DNA of 64,000 nt, taken from contig CACLQD010000002.1 in NCBI GenBank assembly GCA_902609025.1, positions 33,899 to 97,898 on the forward strand. Direction: 5' to 3'. The first letter of the stretch is position 1, and each line of letters begins with the position of its first letter. The notes under the pieces are model-generated. The model saw only the letters and a program-made list of their open reading frames with translations, had not been told where the DNA came from and did not search any database. The position numbers were made by a program, and so were the translations under genes. Shown piece after piece: positions 39,481 through 48,603 of this stretch. Source of the DNA: an uncultured PS1 clade bacterium. GTDB lineage: Bacteria; Pseudomonadota; Alphaproteobacteria; MED-G09.

Positions 39481-40404
39481 TTAATTATCCTTTATAAATT
39501 TTACTACTTCTTTAATTACATCTGGATAAACTTCTTTATCCCATCTGTAAAATTGATGCCCCTTACCTTTCCATTTTGAGAGAATAATGTCATTACCTTT
39601 AGATTTCATATCATCTGTAAAGTCCTCTATTATTGAAATAGGTATTGTCCGATCATTAGTGCCATGAAAGATTATTGAAGGAGGAAGGTTTTCTCTTACA
39701 TAGCTTGAAGGTGATAATTCAATTGACCTTCCTTCAAAAAGCTTTTTTAAAAAAAACCAGAATTTCATTCTTCTTTCACTAGTATTTTTTGGTAACTCAA
39801 ATCCGCTATCAAAAAAAGTTGTATTTAGTGCTGGATTAAAAAATATAAGTGCTCTTATATTTTCTATAATTTTATTATCATCATAAGGCACCATTGCTAA
39901 AGATGCAGCAAGATGTCCTCCCGATGAACCACCACCAACCATTATATGATTTTTATTAATTTTTAATTTTTCTGAGTTTTCTAGCACCCATTTATATGCA
40001 TCCCTTGCATCACCCATAGAGTCTATAACATTCGAATTATGTTTTAACGCCAATCTATAATCAGCACTGATACAAGTTATTCCGTTATTTGAAATATCTC
40101 TGCAAATTTTAAATAATGAATATGAAGATCCAAAAGACCAACCGCCACCATGAAATAGTAAAACGCTAGATTCAGATTTTTTGTCTATAGGGTTAAAAAC
40201 ATATAATTTTAATTCTATTTTATCTTTTGTTGAGTATATGTGAGTTTGATCTGGTCTATTAAAATAATATAAAGATCCGTATACAGTTTTATCAAAAAAA
40301 TGGCCAATAAATGGCATTTTATTTGGTTTTGTTATAGCTAAATAACCGAAAAAAATTACTATACAAATAACTATAACTGAAAGAGTGATCATTGTTTTTT
40401 TCAT
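39481..40404 (-). CDS. Alpha/beta-hydrolase esterase (hormone-sensitive-lipase type), N-terminally anchored
   Basis: Signal/anchor MKKTMITLSVIVICIVIFFGYLAI, oxyanion motif HGGGW, GxSxG elbow in GGGSSGGH, and a C-terminal HGTND...H. Confidence 0.75.
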   Translation of the reverse strand: MKKTMITLSVIVICIVIFFGYLAITKPNKMPFIGHFFDKTVYGSLYYFNRPDQTHIYSTKDKIELKLYVFNPIDKKSESSVLLFHGGGWSFGSSYSLFKICRDISNNGITCISADYRLALKHNSNVIDSMGDARDAYKWVLENSEKLKINKNHIMVGGGSSGGHLAASLAMVPYDDNKIIENIRALIFFNPALNTTFFDSGFELPKNTSERRMKFWFFLKKLFEGRSIELSPSSYVRENLPPSIIFHGTNDRTIPISIIEDFTDDMKSKGNDIILSKWKGKGHQFYRWDKEVYPDVIKEVVKFIKDN

Positions 40405-40418
40405 AGAGAGTTTCTTAA

Positions 40419-41552
40419 TTATTCAAAATAATTATTTAATCTTTCTAAGGCTTCTGCAAAATCTTCTTTGAAATTTTGTACTACCGTTCCAGCAGATAAT
40501 GAATGATTCATAAGACCGACTCCTTGCCCTACCCAGTAAGTAGCTAATTGCTTTGCTCCTTCGTGACCTCCTTGAGATAGCTTATCAATCTTTCTAAGAG
40601 CTGGTTCACTAACTAAAGATTGAAGAGGCATTGGAAGTGGTTCTGGTCCTTCATTTTCCCAAGCATCTGTCCATGGTGATCTTAATTGTCTAGAAAACTT
40701 ACCTGTTCTACTTCTTGATCGGACAGTATCACGTGAAGAAGCAGCCAACATTTTTTCTTTTACCACTGGATTAGTTTCAGCTTCGGAAGTTGTTAACCAT
40801 ACTGAGCCGCACCAAGCGCCATCTGCTCCCATAGTCATTGCAGCAGCCATTTGGCTACCTGTTGTTATTCCTCCTGCAGCTAAAATTGGTACATCTTTAA
40901 TTTTTTTTACAGCATTATAAACTTCGGGCACTAAAACCATTGTTGAAACATCGCCACAATGCCCACCTGCTTCTCCACCTGCAACAACCAATATATCAAC
41001 TCCCGCTTCAACTTGTTTAATTGCATGTTCTTTTGCGCCAACTAATGCAGCAACAGCTATATTATGTTTTTTGCCAAGATCTAGCATTATTTTTGGAGGA
41101 ACGCCTAAAGCATTGGCAATAAGTTTTATTGGATGATTCATAGCAACTTCTAATGTGCTTTCAGCACCCTCTTCGGATAAATTTCTACCAAATTGAATTG
41201 TACCTTTTCTTACTTCATCCGTTTCCTCAACTTCAATATCATGAGATTCAAGAATCGAATTTGCAAAAGTTTTGTGCTCTTTTGGAACTGCTTTAATAAT
41301 ATCTTCTGACTTTACTTCTTTTCCTTTACCTTCATATTTATTTGGTACAATTAAATCAATTCCGTATGGCTTTCCATCAATATGATCATCTATCCAATTT
41401 AATTCTTCCTCAAGTCTATCAGGCGGAAGGTTAACTGCTCCGAAAACACCCATGCCTCCAGCTTTTGAAACAGCTACAACCACATCACGACAATGAGAAA
41501 ACGCTAATAAAGGAAACTCTATATCTAATATTTCACATATTTTTGATTGCAT
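40419..41552 (-). CDS. Nitronate monooxygenase (2-nitropropane dioxygenase) family FMN oxidoreductase
   Basis: 377 aa. TIM-barrel NMO motifs GGMGVFG and VVAGGEAGGH. Confidence 0.8.
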   Translation of the reverse strand: MQSKICEILDIEFPLLAFSHCRDVVVAVSKAGGMGVFGAVNLPPDRLEEELNWIDDHIDGKPYGIDLIVPNKYEGKGKEVKSEDIIKAVPKEHKTFANSILESHDIEVEETDEVRKGTIQFGRNLSEEGAESTLEVAMNHPIKLIANALGVPPKIMLDLGKKHNIAVAALVGAKEHAIKQVEAGVDILVVAGGEAGGHCGDVSTMVLVPEVYNAVKKIKDVPILAAGGITTGSQMAAAMTMGADGAWCGSVWLTTSEAETNPVVKEKMLAASSRDTVRSRSRTGKFSRQLRSPWTDAWENEGPEPLPMPLQSLVSEPALRKIDKLSQGGHEGAKQLATYWVGQGVGLMNHSLSAGTVVQNFKEDFAEALERLNNYFE

Positions 41553-41575
41553 GATTTATTCTCCAGAAAACTAAA

Positions 41576-43033
41576 TTAAGAATTTTTTGAAAAGGAAATT
41601 TCTCCATCATCAATACGACCGTATCTAATTTGGAAAACATCTTTTAAGAAATTTTGATTATTTCTCCACGGCGCTTTTTTTCCTTGCTGTGGAAATATAT
41701 CTAATGATCTTTTAATATACCCTGAAGAGAGGTTCAGATAATCAGGATCCGTTTCAATTTCATCATTCGACTGAGGGCAAACAACATCATATTGATTTTT
41801 CTTCATATGATTAATTATTCTACAGACATATTCTGAAGTTAAATCAGCACCAAGTGTCCAGGAAGCATTAGTATATCCAAATGTACTAGCTAGATTAGGT
41901 ACTCCACTATACATCATACCTTTATATGTAACCGTCTTCGATATATCTATAGTATTATTATCAACTACAAAATCAACATTACTTAACATTTCCAAATTCA
42001 AGCCTGTAGCAGTAACAATTACATCTGCCTTTAACTCTTTACCTGAGTTTAATAATATTCCACTTTCAGTAATATTTTTAATATGATCTGTTACTACAGA
42101 AGCTTTCCCTTTTTTAATTTGTTCAAAAAGATCTCCGTCTGGCACAAGGCACATTCTTTGATCCCATGGATTATAATTTGGGGTAAAATGAGTTTTTACA
42201 TCAAAATCTGAACCAAGCCTCTTTTTTGCCTCTCTAACAATAGCGTTCTTAACGCCATTTGGATATTTTTTACAAAGGCGAAAGTAATACTGTTGTCTTA
42301 AAATATTTCTCCATCTGATAAGCAAATAAGCTAACTTCAGAGGCATATATTTTCTCAAATTATTTGCTAATTTATCTTTTTCTGGTGCAGCGACAACATA
42401 GGTAGGGGATCTTTGAAGCATAGTTACATGCTCAGCTTTCTTAGCCATTTCTGGAACAATTGTTACGGCTGTAGCTCCACTTCCAATAACAACTATTTTT
42501 TTGTTAGAATAATCAAAGTTTTCATCCCATTTTTGTGGATGAATAACATCACCATTGAAATTCTCTATTCCATCAAATTGCGGAGTGTAACCTTCTTTGT
42601 AACTATAATAACCAGAGCACATAAATATAAAATTACAAGAAATTTGGGATAATTCTCCAGTAGATTTATCCTCCACATCAACTGTCCAAGAATTCGTTGA
42701 ACTAGACCAATTTGCCTTTTTTACATATTTTCCGAATCTTATTTTATTTTTTAAATTAAATTCTTCTACAGTCTCATTTAAATATTTCAAAATTGAAGGA
42801 GCATCTGCAATAGCCTCTTGCTCTTTCCAAGGCTTAAAATTAAACCCTAAAGTATACATGTCTGAATCAGATCTGATACCAGGATATTTAAACAAATCCC
42901 ATGTACCACCTATTTTATCTCTACCTTCAAGGATAACAAATTTTGCATCAGGGCATTTATTTTGTAGGTGATATCCAGCGCCAATTCCTGAAATACCTGC
43001 ACCAACTACTAAAACATCTAATTTTTCAGTCAT
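41576..43033 (-). CDS. Type I Baeyer-Villiger flavin monooxygenase, EthA-like
   Basis: 485 aa. GAGISG and GSGATA dinucleotide motifs and the BVMO fingerprint FNGDVIHPQKWD (FxGxxxHxxxW[P/D]). There is long collinear similarity to my recollection of M. tuberculosis EthA (GGTWDLF.YPGIRSDSDMYTLGF, YNPWDQR.CLVP.GDLF, GYTNASWTL.ADL). Confidence 0.87.
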   Translation of the reverse strand: MTEKLDVLVVGAGISGIGAGYHLQNKCPDAKFVILEGRDKIGGTWDLFKYPGIRSDSDMYTLGFNFKPWKEQEAIADAPSILKYLNETVEEFNLKNKIRFGKYVKKANWSSSTNSWTVDVEDKSTGELSQISCNFIFMCSGYYSYKEGYTPQFDGIENFNGDVIHPQKWDENFDYSNKKIVVIGSGATAVTIVPEMAKKAEHVTMLQRSPTYVVAAPEKDKLANNLRKYMPLKLAYLLIRWRNILRQQYYFRLCKKYPNGVKNAIVREAKKRLGSDFDVKTHFTPNYNPWDQRMCLVPDGDLFEQIKKGKASVVTDHIKNITESGILLNSGKELKADVIVTATGLNLEMLSNVDFVVDNNTIDISKTVTYKGMMYSGVPNLASTFGYTNASWTLGADLTSEYVCRIINHMKKNQYDVVCPQSNDEIETDPDYLNLSSGYIKRSLDIFPQQGKKAPWRNNQNFLKDVFQIRYGRIDDGEISFSKNS

Positions 43034-43069
43034 TTTAACCTAAATTGTTTAATTTCAATGTATTAACAA

Positions 43070-43834
43070 TTATATAGCAATCACCCCACCGTCAACAGAA
43101 ATTGAATCTCCCGTTGTAAATGCTGAGTCTTCAGAAGCTAAAAATAATACTGCATTTACTACTTCTTCTGGTTCACCAACTCTATTCATGGGATGAGACG
43201 CAGCAAATTCGGAAAGTTGTTGCTCAGAATTTTCAGCCGCTTGAACATATCTTTGCATCATAGGAGTATTAATAGCTCCAGGTTGAACAGCATTACATCT
43301 TATTTTGTAACCCATTTCAGCACAATGAAGTGCAACAGTTCTAGTTAATACCAAAACCCCTGCTTTACTATAATTATAAGCAATTACAAATGGTTTTGGT
43401 CTTGTAGCTAAAGAAGATGCAAAGTTTACTATCGTTCCTTCACCATCCTTCATTGCTTTAACAGCAAATTGACAGCCTAAAAAAACTGAAGTTCCATTTA
43501 TAGCATGTACCCTATCCCAATGCTCAACTGTCTCGTCTTCTACTGTTGCCGGTTCACTAATTCCTGCAGCATTAACAACTGAAGTTATTTTTGTAAATCT
43601 TTCACCAAGATGTTTTTCGAGTCTATCCCAGTCCTCTGCTTTAGATACATCTGCCTTAAAAAATTCACAAGAATCGCCGATATCTTCAGCAACCTTAATT
43701 CCTAGTTCTTCATTTAAATCCAGCGTTACAACTGATCCACCTTCCTCAACAAATCTTTTTGCTGTTGCAGCGCCCATTCCAGATGCTCCGCCAGAAATAA
43801 TTGCAAATTTATCTTTAAATCTAGACATATCCAA
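43070..43834 (-). CDS. Short-chain dehydrogenase/reductase (hydroxysteroid/secondary-alcohol dehydrogenase-like)
   Basis: SGGASGMG, NAAGI and YNYSKAG. First gene of the BVMO operon. Confidence 0.85.
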   Translation of the reverse strand: MDMSRFKDKFAIISGGASGMGAATAKRFVEEGGSVVTLDLNEELGIKVAEDIGDSCEFFKADVSKAEDWDRLEKHLGERFTKITSVVNAAGISEPATVEDETVEHWDRVHAINGTSVFLGCQFAVKAMKDGEGTIVNFASSLATRPKPFVIAYNYSKAGVLVLTRTVALHCAEMGYKIRCNAVQPGAINTPMMQRYVQAAENSEQQLSEFAASHPMNRVGEPEEVVNAVLFLASEDSAFTTGDSISVDGGVIAI

Positions 43835-43948
43835 CTCCTTAATTACATTGTGTTAATTATAAAAACTTAAAAAACCACTTTAATCAAATTAAATTATGAA
43901 ATGCTTTTTAAATATAATTATTATATTATTAAACAAAGAGGTAACACC

Positions 43949-44362
43949 ATGAACGATACAAAAAAAATCTTTGATACCTATTGTGATTTTGTCACTAAAG
44001 TTACAAGCGAACCTAGTTTAGATATTAATTCCTTAAAAGAAGTAATAGACAAAATACAAAATGATTCAGATATTGACGCACCAAGAATACTTACTGCTGC
44101 ACTTGGTTTAAGCAGTGAAGCCGGGGAGTTTACAGAAATTGTAAAAAAAATGTTTTTGCAAGGTAAGCCCGCAGATGAAGATAATATTTTTCATATGAAG
44201 CGAGAACTTGGCGATATCATGTGGTATTGGGTTACCGCTTGCATGGCTCTTAATTTAGATCCTACTGAAGTAATACTTGAAAACCAAAAAAAACTAGAAG
44301 CTAGGTATGGAGAGAAATTCACTATAAATCAAAGTGAAGTGAGAGCCAAAGGTGATTTATAA
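43949..44362 (+). CDS. MazG-like all-alpha nucleoside triphosphate pyrophosphohydrolase
   Basis: EAGEFTE...RELGDIMWY (ExxE...ExxD metal motifs). ATG 43949 with AGAGG upstream is preferred over the track start at 43901. Confidence 0.75.
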   Translation: MNDTKKIFDTYCDFVTKVTSEPSLDINSLKEVIDKIQNDSDIDAPRILTAALGLSSEAGEFTEIVKKMFLQGKPADEDNIFHMKRELGDIMWYWVTACMALNLDPTEVILENQKKLEARYGEKFTINQSEVRAKGDL

Positions 44363-44369
44363 AAAATAG

Positions 44370-44828
44370 ATGAATTTCAATTTAAAATCACCTTCTTCTT
44401 ATCGAGAGTGGAGAGAATATTTTTTATTCCGATACAAAATTTTAAGAAAACCAATAGGTCTTCATAGAAGCACTATACGCGATAAACTAGAAAAAATAAG
44501 CTATCATGTTATGGCTACTAATAATAAAGGGAAAATTATTGGTGTTGGTAGATTGCACTTTGTAAATATAAAAGAATCTCAAATTAGATACATGGCTGTA
44601 GATAAAAACTTTCGAAAAAAAGGTGTGGGAAATGCTATTGTTCAAAAGCTTGAAATACATTCCTTAAATAATTATCGAAATAAGATTATTTTAAATGCGA
44701 GAGAAAATGCCGTTATATTTTATTCTAAATTAGGTTATGTCAACTTAGGAAAAATAGATGTTGGAATTGATATTAAGCATTTTCAAATGAAAAAAAATCT
44801 TAAAAATTGTCCTTCCAGGAGCGAATAA
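44370..44828 (+). CDS. GNAT family N-acetyltransferase
   Basis: 152 aa. Acetyl-CoA motif RKKGVGNAIV and ...FYSKLGY. Confidence 0.7.
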   Translation: MNFNLKSPSSYREWREYFLFRYKILRKPIGLHRSTIRDKLEKISYHVMATNNKGKIIGVGRLHFVNIKESQIRYMAVDKNFRKKGVGNAIVQKLEIHSLNNYRNKIILNARENAVIFYSKLGYVNLGKIDVGIDIKHFQMKKNLKNCPSRSE

Positions 44829-45564
44829 CAGCTAATACACCAACATCATCAAGATTTGCTTTTGAAGAATATATTTCTGCACTTTTTCTAACTTCTTCTA
44901 TAGATGATCTTAAAAAAGGGTTAATATTCAACTCTTTTTCAATTGTAGAAGGTAGCGTATATTCGTTTCTATCCCTCTTTTCTACAACTTGATCGTAATA
45001 ATTAATTAAATCTTGATTTTTTGGTTCAACCTCTAGAGCAAATTTTAAATTACTCAAAGTATATTCATGTGTGCAATAAACTTTTGTATTACCTGGAAGT
45101 GAAGAAAATTTATTTAGAGAATGAAACATTTGATCGGGTGTTCCTTCAAATAGACGTCCGCATCCCCCTGAAAATAATGTATCTCCACAAAATAATATTG
45201 GTTTATTTTGGTTTGAAAAATACGAAATATGATCAAGTGTATGTCCAGGTGTTTCAAATATTGAAAATTCATTATCAAAAATTCTTATACTATCACCTTC
45301 TTTTAATTCATCTGTTATTCCGTCAATATGACCACCTTTTGGACCATATACTGAAATAGATTTATCTTTTACTAACTCTATAATACCTCCAGTATGATCA
45401 GGGTGCCAATGAGTAATTAATATAGCTCTCAATTGAAGATTATTCTTTTCAGCAAATCCTTTTACCACCAATGAATCGCCGGGATCAACTACAACAAATT
45501 GGTCTTTTTCAACAACAGTCCAAATATAATTATCTGTAAAAGCAGGTAAAGCAATAATTTCCAT
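44800..45564 (-). CDS. gloB: Hydroxyacylglutathione hydrolase (glyoxalase II)
   Basis: 254 aa. THWHPDHTGG metallo-beta-lactamase motif and family length/layout. Confidence 0.88.
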   Translation of the reverse strand: MEIIALPAFTDNYIWTVVEKDQFVVVDPGDSLVVKGFAEKNNLQLRAILITHWHPDHTGGIIELVKDKSISVYGPKGGHIDGITDELKEGDSIRIFDNEFSIFETPGHTLDHISYFSNQNKPILFCGDTLFSGGCGRLFEGTPDQMFHSLNKFSSLPGNTKVYCTHEYTLSNLKFALEVEPKNQDLINYYDQVVEKRDRNEYTLPSTIEKELNINPFLRSSIEEVRKSAEIYSSKANLDDVGVLAVIRSWKDNF

Positions 45565-45607
45565 AATATTTTCCTAGTAATACAATCCTATAAAGTTTAC
45601 AAGTTTT

Positions 45608-45994
45608 ATGAAGGAAATCTATATGAATAATAATAATTTAATAGGTATAGCACTCTCAATTTTATGCATAATACATTGCGCTTTACCTTTTTTAGCAATA
45701 GCAACAAGTCTAAATTTATTAGAAATTTTTATTGAGAATTCAAAAATTATACATATTTTTTTATTTGCTTTGGTCTTTTTGGTTTATTTAATTGTATTTC
45801 CTAAAAATTACATCAGAAATAAAAAACTATTAGATTTAATTATATCATCCTCAGGAGTTTTATTACTTTTCTTTGCGCTTTTTTTAGAAGGATATCCTGA
45901 AACATATTCTACTTTAATTGGTGCTATATTGTTATTACTAGCTCATTATAGGAATCACATATCAACAGAGTTAACTAAGGATATAGAAGTTTAG
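45608..45994 (+). CDS. Small 4-TM membrane protein, MerC-like
   Basis: 128 aa. An IHCALPFL motif in TM1 resembles MerC-domain proteins. Weak assignment. Confidence 0.35.
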   Translation: MKEIYMNNNNLIGIALSILCIIHCALPFLAIATSLNLLEIFIENSKIIHIFLFALVFLVYLIVFPKNYIRNKKLLDLIISSSGVLLLFFALFLEGYPETYSTLIGAILLLLAHYRNHISTELTKDIEV

Positions 45995-46607
45995 TTGTCC
46001 ATTGACCGGATTTGATTTTATATTCAACCCTATCATGAAGCCTTCCTTCTCCTTGGAGCCAAAACTCAAAACTATCTGGATAAACACAATATCCGTTCCA
46101 GTATTTTGGTCTTGGGATTTCTTTACCTTTATATTTCTCATCTATCTCATCAAATTTAGTTTTTAAATTAGATTTACTTTTTAGTTGTTGTGATTGTTTT
46201 GATGCCCAAGCACCAATTTGTGATTTTCTATTTCTTGTAAGGAAATATTTATCACTTTCCTGTGAACTAATTTTTTTTATTTTACCACTTATGAGAACCT
46301 GTCTATCTATTGATTTCCAATAAAAATTTATAGAGACATTTTTATTGTCATTTATATGATTACCTTTTCTGCTATTGGAATTTGTATAAAAAATAATACC
46401 ATTTTCTTTTATTTCTTTCATTAAAACCATTCTTGTTCTTGGTTTATTAAATGGACCAACAGTAGATAGAGCCATAGCATTAGGATTGCTTATTTCATTC
46501 TTCTTAGCTTTTTTGTACCACTTTTCTAATAGATCAAATGGATTTTTTTCAATTTTAATATTGTTTTTTATTAAGCTCATATTTATTTTTTCCTTAAAAG
46601 AAATCAT
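45975..46607 (-). CDS. pdxH: Pyridoxamine 5'-phosphate oxidase
   Basis: 210 aa. C-terminal FEFWLQGEGRLHDRVEY is typical of PdxH. Confidence 0.85.
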   Translation of the reverse strand: MISFKEKINMSLIKNNIKIEKNPFDLLEKWYKKAKKNEISNPNAMALSTVGPFNKPRTRMVLMKEIKENGIIFYTNSNSRKGNHINDNKNVSINFYWKSIDRQVLISGKIKKISSQESDKYFLTRNRKSQIGAWASKQSQQLKSKSNLKTKFDEIDEKYKGKEIPRPKYWNGYCVYPDSFEFWLQGEGRLHDRVEYKIKSGQWTTKLLYP

Positions 46608-46699
46608 AAATCAGGTTATACAAATCGAATGTTAATCTATATTTCTTTATTTTATACTTATAAAAATAATCAAATAAAAACAAACGAATATGACTAAAT

Positions 46700-47518
46700 A
46701 TGGAAAATAAAACAAATTTACTTAAAGGAAAACGCGGACTTGTTATGGGTGTTGCAAATAATCGCTCCATAGCTTGGGGAATTGCAAAAGCATGCTGTGA
46801 ACATGGAGCAGAAATAGCTCTGAGTTATCAAGGTGAGGCAATTAGAAAAAGAGTTATTCCTCTATCAGAGGAATTGAATTCTGCATTAGTAATAGAATGT
46901 GATGTTACTAATACAAAAAGTATTGATGAAATGTTTGAAAAGATAGGCGAAAAATTTGAATCAATAGATTTCCTTGTTCACGCAGTTGCTTTTTCGGATA
47001 AGGATGAACTAAAGGGAAGATATGTAGAAACAACACAAGAAAACTTTATCAATACTATGAATATTTCTTGTTACTCCTTTACATCTGTTTCCCAAAAGGC
47101 CGAAAAGCTTATGAATAATGGTGGATCAATTCTTACCTTAACATATTACGGCTCAGAAAAAGTTATGCCTCACTACAATGTTATGGGTGTTGCAAAATCA
47201 GCTCTTGAAACTAGTGTTAGGTATTTAGCTAAAGATTTAGGAAAACAAAATATAAGGGTAAATGCAATATCAGCAGGACCAATTAAAACTCTTGCTGCAT
47301 CTGGAATTGGTGACTTCAGATATATTTTGAAGTGGAATGAATATAACTCCCCTCTCAAAAGAAATGTTTCTATTGATGAAGTCGGTGGATCTGCTGTTTA
47401 TTTAATAAGTGATTTATCTTCAGGAGTTACTGGTGAAGTACATCATGTAGACTCAGGTTATAATATAATTGGCATGAAAGATGAAGAAGCGCCAGATATA
47501 AGTGTTGTAGAGGATTAA
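46700..47518 (+). CDS. fabI: Enoyl-ACP reductase (NADH)
   Basis: [32 protein letters not shown] and [15 protein letters not shown]. Confidence 0.9.
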   Translation: MENKTNLLKGKRGLVMGVANNRSIAWGIAKACCEHGAEIALSYQGEAIRKRVIPLSEELNSALVIECDVTNTKSIDEMFEKIGEKFESIDFLVHAVAFSDKDELKGRYVETTQENFINTMNISCYSFTSVSQKAEKLMNNGGSILTLTYYGSEKVMPHYNVMGVAKSALETSVRYLAKDLGKQNIRVNAISAGPIKTLAASGIGDFRYILKWNEYNSPLKRNVSIDEVGGSAVYLISDLSSGVTGEVHHVDSGYNIIGMKDEEAPDISVVED

Positions 47519-47520
47519 TT

Positions 47521-48603
47521 ATGTCTCATAATTCATTTGGTCATATTTTTAAATTTACTACATGGGGTGAGTCCCACGGTAAAGCTATAGGATGTGTAGT
47601 TGATGGTACACCTCCAATGATAGAATTAACGAAAAAAGATATTCAACTTTGGTTGGATAAAAGAAGACCTGGACAAAACCAATACACAAGCCCAAGAAAC
47701 GAACCTGATACAGTTGAAATACTTTCAGGGGTATATACAGAAGAAAAAGTCCAATATACTACTGGTACTCCTATTTCAATGATAATCTATAATAAAGATC
47801 AAAAATCTGGAGATTATGATGATACGAAAGAAAAATTTAGACCAGGTCATGCAGATTATACTTATTTAAGTAAATACGGAATCAGAGACCCTAGAGGAGG
47901 CGGTCGCCAATCGGCTCGTGAAACTGCTATGAGAGTTGCTGCCGGAGCTATAGCCAGAAAGATTATACCTAAAATTGAAATTAAAGGAGCACTTGTTCAA
48001 TTAGGTGACTTAAAAATTGATAGATCAAAATGGGATAATAATTTTATTGATGAAAATCCTTTTTGGTGTCCAGATAAAAGTTCAATTAAAGACTGGGAAG
48101 ATAAAATTAATTCACTTGTAGCGGAAGGAGATAGCTGTGGCGCAGTTATTGAAGTTGTAGCTAAAAATGTTCCAGTTGGATTGGGTGCACCAATTTATGG
48201 AAAATTAGACTCAGACTTAGGATCAGCAATAATGAGTATAAATGCAGTTAAAGGTGTTGAAATTGGAAATGGCTTTGAAGCAGTAAGTCTAAAAGGCAGT
48301 GAAAATGGTGATGAGATGAGAATGAAAAATGATAAGCCTGTTTTTCTTTCAAATAACTCTGGAGGTATTCTTGGAGGAATATCCTCAGGACAAGATATTG
48401 TTGTACGATTTGCTATTAAACCAACCTCATCTATAAAAAAAGAAAGAAAAACAATAGATAAATCTCAGAATGATACAGAAATAACAACCAAGGGAAGACA
48501 TGATCCTTGTGTAGGTATCAGAGCTGTTCCTGTTGGAGAAGCAATGGTTGCATGTGTTTTAGCTGATCATTTCTTAAGAAATAGAGCTCAAATTGGAAGT
48601 TAA
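47521..48603 (+). CDS. aroC: Chorismate synthase
   Basis: [27 protein letters not shown] and GRHDPCVG. Confidence 0.93.
   Translation: MSHNSFGHIFKFTTWGESHGKAIGCVVDGTPPMIELTKKDIQLWLDKRRPGQNQYTSPRNEPDTVEILSGVYTEEKVQYTTGTPISMIIYNKDQKSGDYDDTKEKFRPGHADYTYLSKYGIRDPRGGGRQSARETAMRVAAGAIARKIIPKIEIKGALVQLGDLKIDRSKWDNNFIDENPFWCPDKSSIKDWEDKINSLVAEGDSCGAVIEVVAKNVPVGLGAPIYGKLDSDLGSAIMSINAVKGVEIGNGFEAVSLKGSENGDEMRMKNDKPVFLSNNSGGILGGISSGQDIVVRFAIKPTSSIKKERKTIDKSQNDTEITTKGRHDPCVGIRAVPVGEAMVACVLADHFLRNRAQIGS

Noticed and set aside
30943-43834. The catabolic neighbourhood as a horizontally acquired or mobile genomic island.
   Set aside because: There is no integrase, transposase, flanking tRNA or direct repeats. 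Base composition and codon style look the same as the flanking housekeeping genes by eye. Core genes (rpiA, djlA, ibpA) are interspersed.
43949-44828. The MazG-like NTP pyrophosphohydrolase plus GNAT pair as a toxin-antitoxin or anti-phage module.
   Set aside because: GNAT toxins pair with small RHH/DUF1778 antitoxins, not with MazG. The GNAT looks like an ordinary small-molecule or protein acetyltransferase (ElaA/YjdJ-like layout). There are no other defence genes nearby. I treat them as two housekeeping-type genes that happen to be adjacent.
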